Assembly: GCA_963666975.2 (NCBI GenBank)
Contig: CAXVYR010000004.1
Coordinates: 1,440,001-1,504,000, forward strand
Length of the DNA: 64,000 nt
Source of the DNA: Terriglobia bacterium
GTDB taxonomy: Bacteria; Acidobacteriota; Terriglobia; 2-12-FULL-54-10
Direction of reading: 5' to 3'
Shown here: positions 10,474 to 20,147 of the stretch, in pieces
Layout: each line of letters opens with the position of its first letter
How positions within the stretch are numbered: position 1 is the stretch's first letter
Translations under genes and position numbers: made by a program
Notes under the pieces: generated by a model
What the model was told of the DNA's origin: nothing
Database searches by the model: none
Seen by the model: only the letters and a program-made list of their open reading frames with translations

Positions 10474-11370
10474 ATGGATATCCGCATCAGCAAAGAGAGC
10501 GAAGTTCCGCTCCGCTTGCAAATCGGGCGGCAGGTCGCCTTCCTGATTGCGACGGGCAAGCTGAAGCCCGGAGAAGCCTTGCCGAGCGTGCGAGGTCTGG
10601 CCGACCGGCTCAAGATTCACCACAACACCGTCAGCCAAGCCTATCAAGACTTGGTGGGCACCCAAATGCTTGAGCGGCGGCGCGGGAGCCGCATGGTTGT
10701 TTCTTCCCTCGAGCATCCGCAAGAGCCGGCGCGCCGCCAGGACCTCGATGATCTGATCAACGCCACCATCCGGACAGCGCAACAACGCGGCTACACGCTC
10801 CAGCAACTGCGCCAGCGCGTTCGGGAGCGGCTGCTGCTCCATCCGCCCGACCACTTCCTGGTGGTGGAAGAGGAACCGGGCTTGCGGCAGCTGCTTCAAG
10901 AAGAAATCAAGGAAAACTTAAAGTTGCCCGTCGATGCATGTTCGCGGAACGAGCTGTCTGCAAACCAAGGGCTGGCGATCGGCGCGCTGGTGGTGAGTCC
11001 GCCGGGGACCGTCCGGGAAACCACGCCTCTGGTTCCCAAGGATCGCCCTCCCATCCAGATCACATACAACACGGCGGGGCTGCATGTGGAGTTGGTTCGG
11101 CAGTTGCGCGAGCCTTCCGTAATCGCGGTGGTCTCGGTGAGCGAGCTGTTTTTGCGAACGGCGCGAGGCTTGCTGGCTGCTGCGGTCGGCCGCCGCCATA
11201 CGATGCGAGAGTTTTTCCTGCCTCTGGAAAAATCGATCAATCTCACCGCCGCCGACGTGGTCTTCTGCGACTCCATCGCGCGGCGACAAGTCACAGCGCC
11301 TAAGACGGTTCCCTACCGGCTGATTTCTTCCGCCTCGCTGGAATTTCTCGCCAGCGCCATCGGGCGGTGA
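10474..11370 (+). CDS. GntR (YtrA-like) transcriptional regulator with extended C-terminal domain
   Basis: PL..QI...I..G.LKPGEALPSVRGLA..L.I..NTV..AY; divergent from the hydrolase cluster. Confidence 0.85.
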   Translation: MDIRISKESEVPLRLQIGRQVAFLIATGKLKPGEALPSVRGLADRLKIHHNTVSQAYQDLVGTQMLERRRGSRMVVSSLEHPQEPARRQDLDDLINATIRTAQQRGYTLQQLRQRVRERLLLHPPDHFLVVEEEPGLRQLLQEEIKENLKLPVDACSRNELSANQGLAIGALVVSPPGTVRETTPLVPKDRPPIQITYNTAGLHVELVRQLREPSVIAVVSVSELFLRTARGLLAAAVGRRHTMREFFLPLEKSINLTAADVVFCDSIARRQVTAPKTVPYRLISSASLEFLASAIGR

Positions 11371-11396
11371 AAACGTTTTCCGAATTGCGACTAGGC

Positions 11397-11566
11397 CTAG
11401 AGCGATTTTCCTGTTGCTGTATCCTGCACCGCGCCCCTGAGGATGTCATCCCGAGGGATCTGCTTTTCCTTCAAGTGGTGGGTCGTTCCCATGAGAAAAG
11501 AGCAGATCCCTCGCTGCGCTCGGGATGACAGCTAGGGAGGATACAGCAGTAGTAAAAACGCTCTAG
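11397..11566. mobile_element. MITE with IS630-like terminal inverted repeats and internal palindrome
   Basis: CTAG at both ends; about 28-bp imperfect TIR; 21/26 identity to the left end of the IS630 at 48471. Confidence 0.7.
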
Positions 11567-11567
11567 T

Positions 11568-11771
11568 AACGTCGCCAAGATTACGGCCAAGATTACGGCC
11601 AAGATTACGACCTACGTTACCGACATGGATGAATATCAGAGCCAGGAAGTGAGGGCCGTGCGCGCCGGGCACTTCGGGGATCACAAGCCGGCGAGCACTT
11701 CGATGGAGATTGTACAGCTGGCAAATCCCGCCTATCGGGTGGAAGTCGAAGCCATTGCCGTCCTGCCGTAG
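11568..11771 (+). pseudogene. RidA/YjgF-family 3' remnant
   Basis: Translates NVAKIT(AKIT)2TYVTDMDEY...HFGDHKPASTSMEIVQLANPAYRVEVEAIAVLP*; no start codon, begins at the MITE edge. Confidence 0.75.
11574..11609 (+). repeat. 12-bp tandem repeat x3 (gccaagattacg)
   Basis: Directly visible. Confidence 0.95.
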
Positions 11772-11789
11772 CCGTTCGAGGCAGGCCGG

Positions 11790-13442
11790 TCACCGCTGTT
11801 TGTCGATCAGCAGGAAGGTGATGTCGTCGGTCTGCGCCATGCCGTGGGTGAATTGTGCCATTGCTTCCAGGATCTTTTTTTTCAGGACCTGTCCTCCGGC
11901 CGGCGCCTCTCGATGGATAATTTCCAGCAGCCTTTCCTCCCCGAAAATCTCTTCTTCGTGGTTTTGCGCATCGGTCAGGCCGTCGGAATAGACGAGCAAG
12001 ATATCTACTTTGCGGAGATGGAACGGGCGGGAGCTGTAAGAGGCAAAAGGAAAAGCGCCCAGGATGAGACCGTCCGAGGCCAGCTCTTCCACCTTCCCCG
12101 TGGCCGCGCGGAACAGATAAGCGGGATTGTGCCCCGCGCTGATGAATTGGCCATTCCCCTGCGAGTTCAGCACGAAAAGAAACAGGGTGACGAATCGGTG
12201 GGACTGCGTCTTCTCACAGAGAAACTTGTTCACACGGTTCAGGGCCTCGTCGGGCTGGGTGGCGGAACGAAACTCCATCTCGAGAGCGCCCTGCAACAGG
12301 GAACCGAGCAGAGCCGCGGAAATCCCCTTGCCGGAAACGTCCGCCAGAATTCCCAGCAGCTTTTTTGAATCCAGCGGCAGAAAGTCGTAAAAGTCGCCTC
12401 CCACGTAACGGGTCGGCTTGCTGTAGGCGTCAATGCCAAAATTCGGAAACTCCGGCAAGGACTGGGGCAGAAGGCTCTTTTGGGTTTCCTCCGCCAGCGC
12501 CAATTCCTGCTCCATCTTCTTTCGTTCCTCGACGCCTTTAATCATCTCGAGCTTCTCAAAGACGTTGCCGGCTTCCTCCGCCAGCTTGCTTAAAATCCTC
12601 TGGTCCAAGCCGGAAAGCGAGTGCATTTTCTTGGTGCTGTCCAGGTAGAGGATTCCCAGCACCTCCGGCGTGTCGGCGCGGGAAGAGATCGCCTCCAGGG
12701 GCAGGCAGGCGACCGCCGTAAGGTTCATGACGAGGATGCTTTCCTGTCCGGCAAATTCTCCCGTGATCCGTTCCGTCATGAACACGGCCTTGCCTTCGCT
12801 CGCCACCCGGCTGACGACGGCCCGGCTGGCTCTGAACTCCGCCTGCGGCAGGGTCCGGCCGTCTCCGTCCATTCCCACGGAGTATTCAAACCCCTCCTGC
12901 TGCTTCAACAGGATGAAGCCCCGCTCGGCTCCGCTGATTTCCAGGGCGGACCGGAGTATCTGCTGAAATGCTTTTTCGGGCGAGAAGCTCTTTCTCCAGT
13001 AATACTGGAAATCCAGGATACAGGAGATTTTTTGCAGGTCGGAATAGCCGGCGTTCGGAGAAGGCAGAATCGAAGTCAGGTTCTGAATCGACGTATCCAA
13101 ATCGCTGCCTTTCCAGGCACCCGCGAGACCGGCAGCATCCACCTCGTCCGAGCAATATAGAAGCTCAACTCTCCCTTTACCCAGACGAATTCTGTCGCCA
13201 TGGCGCAGCCGTTGCTGCTCCACCTCATGGCCGTTTACATACGTGCCCTGACTGCTGTTCAGGTCGAAGATGGAAAAGCCTTCCTCGTCCCGGACAAGCT
13301 TCGCATGGCTGCGGGAAATGCCCCGGTCGGTCAAATGAATATCGGCATCTGTTTTTCGCCCGATCACTATCTGGTCGGCTTCGAGGGGGTATACTTCTTC
13401 GTGGTTATGGGGACCGGTCCATTGGAGTGAGGGAGTAGCCAT
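11790..13442 (-). CDS. FHA-GAF-SpoIIE (PP2C/RsbU-like) phosphatase
   Basis: FHA IGR..SRSHA..S.QGTYVNG; GAF; VGGDFYD, ADVSGKG, YSDGL, DDIT. Confidence 0.92.
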   Translation of the reverse strand: MATPSLQWTGPHNHEEVYPLEADQIVIGRKTDADIHLTDRGISRSHAKLVRDEEGFSIFDLNSSQGTYVNGHEVEQQRLRHGDRIRLGKGRVELLYCSDEVDAAGLAGAWKGSDLDTSIQNLTSILPSPNAGYSDLQKISCILDFQYYWRKSFSPEKAFQQILRSALEISGAERGFILLKQQEGFEYSVGMDGDGRTLPQAEFRASRAVVSRVASEGKAVFMTERITGEFAGQESILVMNLTAVACLPLEAISSRADTPEVLGILYLDSTKKMHSLSGLDQRILSKLAEEAGNVFEKLEMIKGVEERKKMEQELALAEETQKSLLPQSLPEFPNFGIDAYSKPTRYVGGDFYDFLPLDSKKLLGILADVSGKGISAALLGSLLQGALEMEFRSATQPDEALNRVNKFLCEKTQSHRFVTLFLFVLNSQGNGQFISAGHNPAYLFRAATGKVEELASDGLILGAFPFASYSSRPFHLRKVDILLVYSDGLTDAQNHEEEIFGEERLLEIIHREAPAGGQVLKKKILEAMAQFTHGMAQTDDITFLLIDKQR

Positions 13443-13472
13443 TCCGGCCTTCTATATTGGGAAACAGAATGC

Positions 13473-15704
13473 TTACGCTAGTTTCTCCGCGGTAACCAGC
13501 GCATTATAGTCCGGCTCGCCGCTTTCCGGGTCGAGTATATGAGCGAGCAGCACGTTCGCTTCGGGCCAGAACGCCTGCAAACAACCGGGCCTCACGTCTT
13601 CCACCGCACAGATTCCCCGAAACTCTCCGTGGCCGGATCGCAGCCGCACCGCGTCGCCGTCGCGGAGGCCCAGCCTCTGGGCGTCTTCGGCGGAGAAAAA
13701 TACAATATCCCGCCGCTTGCTGCCGGTGAGAGCATCCGTGTCGCTGTAGATGATACTGTTAAACTGGTCGCCCCGGCGAGTGGTCAAATAAAATGTCCCC
13801 GGCGGCAAACTGGAGGACACAGGCCGGACCGGGACCAAGCGGGCGCGTCCATCGGGCATCTTGGGACAGACGCCGCCTTGCAGCAACCGTGGCCCGCCGT
13901 ATTGCACCGAGTCGCCTTCCTTTCGCAGGTCTTTGATGCCACGGTATAACGGCATGGCCTGCTCCATCTCTTCCATGATTTGCCGGACATCCGTGTACTT
14001 GATCCGTTGTCTTGCGGGCTCGGGCAGGGCACGTTGCCCGACCAGCGACAGGATCTCCCACTCCGGCTTGGTTTCCCCGATCCGAGGGCCAGCCACCTCC
14101 GGGGTGAACCGGATACGCCGCTCCGTGCTGGTTGTTGTGCCCCCGCCCCGCTGCTCGTAGCGCGTCTGGGCGGGAAGCAGGATCACCCTTTCTCCCGGCT
14201 CCACCAGCGTTGAGGTGTTCAGGACCAAATCCTGGTGGACGCGCACGGGAACCTTGCGCAACGCCTCCTCCATAAAATTCGGCTTGGGCATGGTCTCCAG
14301 GAAGTTGCCGCCTGCCACGTAGAAGAAGTCGAGTTGGCCGGCATGGGCCGCCTCGAGCATCTGGCTCGCATTCATGCCCTTCCAGGACGGGACCGGATGG
14401 CCCCAGAGCTGCTCGAAGTGCCGCGCATTTTCCTCATTCACCGGCAGGCCCCCCGGAAAGCTGCCTGGCACCGAGCCGCATTCGGCTCCTCCCTGCACGC
14501 CGCTGTGGCCTCGGATGGGCACCAGCCCGCAGTTCTCCCGCCCGATCATTCCGCGAGCCAGCGCCAGATTCACCACCGCGCGCACATTATCTACTCCCCG
14601 CCGTTGCTGGGTGAGCCCCATGCTCCAGATGAAAACAGCGTTTTTCACCCCGGCGTAAAGTTCCGCAAAGCGCACCATCTCGGACCGTGGCAGACCGGCC
14701 CCCTGTTCCAGCATCTCCCAGCTTTGCGATGCCAGCTCCACGCGCAACTCAGCAATTCCCGTGGTGTGCTCGGCGAGGAAGCGGTGGTCCACCCAGTCCC
14801 GCTCCAGAAGAACTTTCAGCGTGCCGTTGAGAAACGCCACATCGCCGCCCGGCCGGACAGGGAAAAACTCATCCCTCAGGCGGCTGCCAAACAGCGCGCT
14901 TTTCGCAATCGACGGCACCCAATAACGCTCCAGGCCCGGCTCGCGGTAGGGATTCACCACCACGATGCGGGCTCCATTCTGCCTGGCGTAATAAAGGTAC
15001 TTGATGGCCACGGGCTGGTTGTTGGCCAGGTTGGTGCCGAGCAAGACAATCATCTCGGCCCCGATCCAATCGCGGTAGGAACAAGTGGAGGCGCCCACGC
15101 CGACCATCTGCTGGAGCGCCACGGTGCTGGCCGCGTGGCAAAGGCGGGCGGCGTTGTCAATGTGGTTGGTGCCAAGCAGGCGCGCCAGCTTCTGCGCCAC
15201 GTAATACACTTCGTTCGTCAGGCCCCGCGAGGTGGTATAAAACGCAATCCGCCTGGGGTCGGCGGCCCCGAGAGCCGCTCCGGCTGACTCCAGAGCCTCA
15301 TCCCAACCGACGCGGCGGAAACCGGCATCCCCTCGCCGGTAGATCATAGGATAAGGTAAGCGGCCCAGCTTGCGAAGTTCGCGGCTGCTCATGCTGCGGA
15401 GCCGGCCGATGTCAGTCAGCTCGGCCGGATCCAGAGCCGGCATCGTATTCAGGCGCAGCATTTTAAGCCGCGACATGCAGAGGTGGACGCCGGGAATGGT
15501 GTCGTCCCGCAGCCCGTAGGGCCCCAAAGAACAGCCGTCACAAACCCCGTGCCGCAGAATCTTCAGCCCGTAGGACAGGTTGTCGCGATTGTCCCACAGC
15601 ACCCGCAGCATGTCGCGAAAGTGATGCGGCTTTTTCTCGCCCAGGCCAAAGGGCACAAGTCCGGCGATGGAGGCGCGGCTGGGTCCTGCTTTCGGTTCCG
15701 CCAT
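13473..15704 (-). CDS. FdhF/YdeP-family molybdopterin oxidoreductase
   Basis: GVCDGC, NAARLCH, RGHSGVQG, TTRRGDQFNS, PDYNA. Confidence 0.88.
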   Translation of the reverse strand: MAEPKAGPSRASIAGLVPFGLGEKKPHHFRDMLRVLWDNRDNLSYGLKILRHGVCDGCSLGPYGLRDDTIPGVHLCMSRLKMLRLNTMPALDPAELTDIGRLRSMSSRELRKLGRLPYPMIYRRGDAGFRRVGWDEALESAGAALGAADPRRIAFYTTSRGLTNEVYYVAQKLARLLGTNHIDNAARLCHAASTVALQQMVGVGASTCSYRDWIGAEMIVLLGTNLANNQPVAIKYLYYARQNGARIVVVNPYREPGLERYWVPSIAKSALFGSRLRDEFFPVRPGGDVAFLNGTLKVLLERDWVDHRFLAEHTTGIAELRVELASQSWEMLEQGAGLPRSEMVRFAELYAGVKNAVFIWSMGLTQQRRGVDNVRAVVNLALARGMIGRENCGLVPIRGHSGVQGGAECGSVPGSFPGGLPVNEENARHFEQLWGHPVPSWKGMNASQMLEAAHAGQLDFFYVAGGNFLETMPKPNFMEEALRKVPVRVHQDLVLNTSTLVEPGERVILLPAQTRYEQRGGGTTTSTERRIRFTPEVAGPRIGETKPEWEILSLVGQRALPEPARQRIKYTDVRQIMEEMEQAMPLYRGIKDLRKEGDSVQYGGPRLLQGGVCPKMPDGRARLVPVRPVSSSLPPGTFYLTTRRGDQFNSIIYSDTDALTGSKRRDIVFFSAEDAQRLGLRDGDAVRLRSGHGEFRGICAVEDVRPGCLQAFWPEANVLLAHILDPESGEPDYNALVTAEKLA

Positions 15705-15778
15705 GATTTTATCGGACCGCCAGTATGGGCAGGGATAGGAATGATGTCCGGATAATCGGACTTCCACCGCGTGACGAA

Positions 15779-16324
15779 TTACGGCTTGGCAGCAGCCATG
15801 GCCGCCATGCGCTCCTGCATCTGCCGCGTCAAGTGCGGCACCAAGCCGAGCTGCCGCTCGATCAGCATGAGCTGGCCTCTGTGGTGCATTTCGTGCTCTT
15901 TGACCGAGAGGATCATCTCAAACCGGCTCTTGGTTGCGGGCGTCGCGCCCGGCGGCATGGTGACCGGCTCGGCAAGGAACGCTTCTGAAAGCCCGCGAAG
16001 CCATCCCGCCCACGTCTCGCCATTGCGGCGGAGCAGATCAATGATCTCGCTCTTGGATCGCTGCTTCTGCTCTTCGGCCGCGAGGCGTTGCATGAGCGAC
16101 GGGAAGTCAAACCCCTCCAGCGTAGTCCGGCGCTCGACGGCGTGAACCTGCTCTTGAAAGCTGTAGATCAGCGCAATGTGCGTCAGCATCTGCGCGACGC
16201 TGCGTGTCTCGGGCGATGCTTTGAAAGCGTACTGGTCTTCGGGAATCTCTTCGGCAATGGTAATCGTGTTATTGCGGACGGTTTGGAAACTCTCGGCCAA
16301 TTCTTTCGGCCCGTAGTAAGTCAT
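15779..16324 (-). CDS. DinB-family protein
   Basis: RSVAQML.HI and HEMHHRGQL metal-binding motifs. Confidence 0.88.
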   Translation of the reverse strand: MTYYGPKELAESFQTVRNNTITIAEEIPEDQYAFKASPETRSVAQMLTHIALIYSFQEQVHAVERRTTLEGFDFPSLMQRLAAEEQKQRSKSEIIDLLRRNGETWAGWLRGLSEAFLAEPVTMPPGATPATKSRFEMILSVKEHEMHHRGQLMLIERQLGLVPHLTRQMQERMAAMAAAKP

Positions 16325-16479
16325 GCGGCCTCCTTCAATTTTGGGAAACTAGCTTCAAGTATAAACGGAACGAGCCATGCGTGCCAATGGCTCATCGCCC
16401 GGTTGGGTTAAAGACAGCAGAGGCTGGATGGAACACTCTGGATAGAACATGGTGGTCGAACGTCTTTGCTCCAGCGAGG

Positions 16480-17313
16480 CTAATTCCCAGGCTTTACCGC
16501 CTCGATGGTGGCGGAAACAACGTAATCTTCGATGCGACGACCCGGAGCCCATTCCCGAATGAATTCGCGGCTCCCGTCCTTGGGAAGGATGCGAACTTCC
16601 CGGAACCCGGCGGCTTCGATCATTTCTACTAGCTCACTGATGGGCGCCGCTCCCGCAATGCATCCCGAAAGGAGAGCCATATCATTGCGAATCTCGGCAG
16701 GCAGTTCCGCTGTGGCCACCACGTCCGCGACGGCAAGACGCCCTCCCGTTCTCAAAACACGAAAAGCCTCCTGAAAGACGCTGGGTTTATCCGGCGAGAG
16801 GTTGATGACGCAGTTGGAAATGATTGCGTCAACACTCTGGTCGGCGACCGGCAAGTGCTCAATCTCCCCCAGGCGAAACTCGACGTTGGGATACTCGCCC
16901 TTTCTGGCATTCTCCCTGGATTTGTGGACCATCTCCGGCGTCATGTCCACACCAATCACTCGCCCTCTTTCTCCCACTTGGCGGGCCGCCAGAAAGCAGT
17001 CGAACCCTCCTCCGCTGCCGAGGTCCAAAACCGTTTCGCCGGGCCGCAACGCTGCAATGGCCTGCGGATTACCGCAACCCAGCCCCATGTCGGCGCCCTG
17101 CGGCGCGCTCTTTAACTCTTTTGCCGAATAGCCCAAGCGTTCGGAAAAACTCTCTGTGGAGACGATCGCATCCTCTCCGCCGGGTGTACAGCAAGAAGTC
17201 GCTGAACCACCACCGCATGCCGTGGCCAACCCTTTCGCTACCGCCCTGTAATTCTCCAGAACGGCTTGGCGTGTTTCCTCGTGTTGCGTTTCATTAGATT
17301 GTGTTTCATGCAT
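16480..17313 (-). CDS. arsM: Arsenite S-adenosylmethionine methyltransferase
   Basis: SCC, LGCGNP, LDLGSGGGFDC, ISNCVINL, GCIAGA cysteine motifs. Confidence 0.9.
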   Translation of the reverse strand: MHETQSNETQHEETRQAVLENYRAVAKGLATACGGGSATSCCTPGGEDAIVSTESFSERLGYSAKELKSAPQGADMGLGCGNPQAIAALRPGETVLDLGSGGGFDCFLAARQVGERGRVIGVDMTPEMVHKSRENARKGEYPNVEFRLGEIEHLPVADQSVDAIISNCVINLSPDKPSVFQEAFRVLRTGGRLAVADVVATAELPAEIRNDMALLSGCIAGAAPISELVEMIEAAGFREVRILPKDGSREFIREWAPGRRIEDYVVSATIEAVKPGN

Positions 17314-17422
17314 TTTTCACCTTCCTTAAGGAGGCTCGCCAGAAATTGCACCTGTATGGGGAGCCTTACATTAGATGTCCCGCCAATTCCGTAAGCTTCG
17401 TGTGTGTATGTTAGTCGGCGGC

Positions 17423-17692
17423 CTACGCAACCGGCTGTCCCAGCCCTGCGGCCCGCAACACAGCTTCGTCCGGGCCACGGCCCGCGCAGCAGTTTGCGAG
17501 CTTGCCGTCGATCACCACGGCGGGCACCGAGCGGATGCCCATGCTCTTGGCACGGCCGGCCACGCCGGGGTCCTTCATGTCGAGGACGCTGACCTCGCAC
17601 GCAGGGCAGGCCACGCGGTTGACGAGTGCAATCGTCTCCTTGCAGGCGGGACATCCCGCGCTGAAAACCTCAATCTTGCGTTTGGCGCTCAT
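17423..17692 (-). CDS. Small thioredoxin/glutaredoxin-like protein
   Basis: IEVFSAGCPAC...CPAC...SVPAVVIDGKLANCC. Confidence 0.8.
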   Translation of the reverse strand: MSAKRKIEVFSAGCPACKETIALVNRVACPACEVSVLDMKDPGVAGRAKSMGIRSVPAVVIDGKLANCCAGRGPDEAVLRAAGLGQPVA

Positions 17693-18027
17693 TTGTTTTT
17701 CTCCTCTCGTATGCTTTCCGCGCTCCGGATCGCCGCAACGATCTTTTCGACCGGAGGAACTTTTTGCATTCGGCCGTCGCCGCCGGGATACAACCGGCAA
17801 CTCGCGCTTCCGCTCATTGGCGCGGCGTCAATCACGTCCTTGCCGCCGACCAGGATTGTCGGCGAGCCGTAGCGCGCAGCGTGCGGCGGGCTGTCGGATG
17901 CCTCACGGTTCCATTCCGACCATCGCGGCTCCCTTCCGGCCTCGGCAAAGGCGCGCAGCAGTTGGGCTCTGGCCTGGTTCACGTTCGGGCAATCGAGATC
18001 GTAAATCAGTTCAATGGCTAGCAACAC
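17689..18027 (-). CDS. Thioredoxin-fold protein of the type found in mer-like operons
   Basis: IELIYDLDCPN...GSPTILV.G.D...SCRLY; overlaps the merR stop and the next start (GTG start inferred). Confidence 0.65.
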   Translation of the reverse strand: MLLAIELIYDLDCPNVNQARAQLLRAFAEAGREPRWSEWNREASDSPPHAARYGSPTILVGGKDVIDAAPMSGSASCRLYPGGDGRMQKVPPVEKIVAAIRSAESIREEKNK

Positions 18028-18434
18028 TTTGCTCCATCCTGACCCAGGGCGTCCAGTATCGGGCACTCGCTGACCGGTCCCCGGCCCTTGCAAGAAGCCA
18101 CCAGACCGTTGAGCGCCCGCTTCACTCTTTGGAGGGCCCGGATTCTGTCCTCGATATCGCCGATCTTGGCCTGGGCGCGCTCCCGGATTTCCTTGCAGGT
18201 CGTCTCCGGATCGACTCGAAGCGCGAAAAGCTCCTTGATCTCCTTGAGGGAGAATCCCAACTCCTTGGCGTGCCGGATAAACCGCAGACGCGCAACGGCA
18301 TCTTCCGGATACAGCCGGTAGCCGGATTCCTTGCGTGGCGGCTCCGCGATGAGACCTTCCCGTTCGTAGAACCGTATGGTCTCGATTCCGACCCCGGCGC
18401 GGCTGGCAACCTTACCGATGGTGAGCGGCTTCAC
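18018..18434 (-). CDS. merR: MerR-family heavy-metal-responsive regulator
   Basis: LTIGKVA..AGV.IETIRFYER.GL HTH; C80/C115/C124 spacing matches Hg-type MerR. Confidence 0.85.
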   Translation of the reverse strand: MKPLTIGKVASRAGVGIETIRFYEREGLIAEPPRKESGYRLYPEDAVARLRFIRHAKELGFSLKEIKELFALRVDPETTCKEIRERAQAKIGDIEDRIRALQRVKRALNGLVASCKGRGPVSECPILDALGQDGAKCC

Positions 18435-18457
18435 GGCATCCCTCCGAATACACCTTA

Positions 18458-18489
18458 ATCCTAAACTCTGTACATTACTACAGAGTCAA
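18458..18489 (-). promoter_or_regulatory. MerR-type promoter/operator
   Basis: Minus strand TTGACT-20 bp-TAGGAT with dyad ACTCTGTA-N6-TACAGAGT (18465-18486). Confidence 0.85.
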
Positions 18490-18592
18490 GAGTTATTTTT
18501 GAGAAAAAGATGCGCCTCTAAAACCGGACCAGGAAGCTTTTGAATCGCCTGCTGGGAAGAGGAAAGGAAGGAATTAAAATGAAAGGGAACGG

Positions 18593-19534
18593 TCAAGAAG
18601 AGAGATGTTCGCCTGCCTGAGGACGAACGCCGTGGATGAAGTCTGCGGCTCCCACCCGGCGCTTGCCTTCCATCTGCAACTCCAGCAACTCGAGGCTCGT
18701 GCCGCCTCCGCACGCCACCGAGACATGGTCCTGTTCTATCACCAGTTGTCCGCAGGAGGCCGCGCTGTCCCGGCTCTCGGCAGGATTCGGCCTGGCCCGC
18801 CAAACCTGCAACTTTTTGCCACGAAACGCAGTATGTGCTCCCGGCCAGGGAAGCAAGCCGCGGACACGGTTGAAGATCCCCTGCGCGGACAGGTTCCAAT
18901 CGATGCGGCCGTCGTCTTTCTTGAGCAGCGGCGCGCGCGAGGCAAGGGAGTTGTCTTGCGGGCGTGCGACGAGAGCGCCATTTTCCAGGCCCTTCAAAGT
19001 TTCAATCATCAAGTCCGCTCCGGCAAGGCTCAGCCGTTTGCCGAGCGACACCGAGGTCTCCTCCGCGCCGATCTCGGTCTCCCACTGCAACAGCACCGGA
19101 CCGGTGTCGAGCCCCGGGTCCATCTGCATGGTGGTGACGCCGGTCTTGGTCTCTCCGCGAACTACGGCCCACTGGATGGGTGCCGCTCCCCGGTAGGCGG
19201 GAAGCAGCGAGGCATGCAGGTTGATGCACCCGAAGCGGGGAAGCTCCAGCAGCCAGGGCGGCAGAATCTGGCCGTAGCCCACCACGACCACCGCCTCCGG
19301 CTGGATGTCCTCGAAAAAGGCGCGGGAATCTTCCCCCTTGATCTTTTCCGGCTGAAAGACCGCGAGGCCCAGCTTTCGAGCGGCTTCTTTAACGGGCGGA
19401 GCCTCCAGTTGATGCCGCCGTCCGGTGGGCCGGTCCGGCTGGGTGATGACCGCCCGGATATCGTGGCCTGCTCCGGCCAGCCTTTCCAATGTGGGGAGGG
19501 CAAAGAGGGGCGATCCGGTAAAAACAATTTTCAT
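18593..19534 (-). CDS. fmt: Methionyl-tRNA formyltransferase
   Basis: TQPDRP, INLHASLLP.YRGAAPIQW, GLDTG. Confidence 0.97.
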   Translation of the reverse strand: MKIVFTGSPLFALPTLERLAGAGHDIRAVITQPDRPTGRRHQLEAPPVKEAARKLGLAVFQPEKIKGEDSRAFFEDIQPEAVVVVGYGQILPPWLLELPRFGCINLHASLLPAYRGAAPIQWAVVRGETKTGVTTMQMDPGLDTGPVLLQWETEIGAEETSVSLGKRLSLAGADLMIETLKGLENGALVARPQDNSLASRAPLLKKDDGRIDWNLSAQGIFNRVRGLLPWPGAHTAFRGKKLQVWRARPNPAESRDSAASCGQLVIEQDHVSVACGGGTSLELLELQMEGKRRVGAADFIHGVRPQAGEHLSS

Positions 19535-19540
19535 GGGAAA

Positions 19541-19568
19541 ATCAGAGCCGCGACCGCGAGGGAGCGGT
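19541..19568 (-). repeat. REP flanking RAYT (downstream)
   Basis: 27-bp perfect inverted match to 20107-20133. Confidence 0.85.
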
Positions 19569-19576
19569 CAGAAGAG

Positions 19577-20086
19577 TCATCCAGAGCTTTCCCACACGGC
19601 CATTTGTTGACCCTGCTCCCGAACGACGTAGTGAACGGCGGCACCTACCTCCTCAGGCTTCCAAAGATACCGCGTGCTTCCATGCTGGGTCCATCGCCTC
19701 CGCGAGGCGTTGTCTAATCCCTGCCGGTTCAAGGCACGGCTGGCGTACGATTTCACCTGGTTCAGAACTTTCTCCGGACGTTCCGCGGCCGCTACCACAA
19801 AGTGAACGTGGCTGGATCGCACGTGGGCTGCCAGGAGCCTCCAGCCGCGCTGGGCACAATGTTGCCGAATGGAGTGCAGCACAGTCGTTCTCCGCAGGCT
19901 GTCGAGTTTGTAAGGCTGCTGCCGCATTTGCTCATGCTCGGCCCGAACCCTTTTCCCGCTCGGCGAAAGAAGGGGAGCACCGAAGATATTGTGGTTCCGA
20001 TCCACTGAGCCAGCCTCATCTCCGTGCAGCCTTCTGCCATAACAGGTAAAGGTAATCAAATAGGCGAGTGGAATCGAAGCGCCCAA
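19577..20086 (-). mobile_element. REP-associated tyrosine transposase (RAYT, IS200-like Y1 HUH)
   Basis: YLITFTCYG, HVH (HUH), W..HGS.R, catalytic Y in HYVVREQ; start codon uncertain. Confidence 0.85.
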
Positions 20087-20106
20087 AGTTTCGCACGACC
20101 TTGTGA

Positions 20107-20133
20107 ACCGCTCCCTCGCGGTCGCGGCTCTGA
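20107..20133 (+). repeat. REP flanking RAYT (upstream)
   Basis: accgctccctcgcggtcgcggctctga. Confidence 0.85.
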
Positions 20134-20147
20134 CTGGAGGAAACCGC

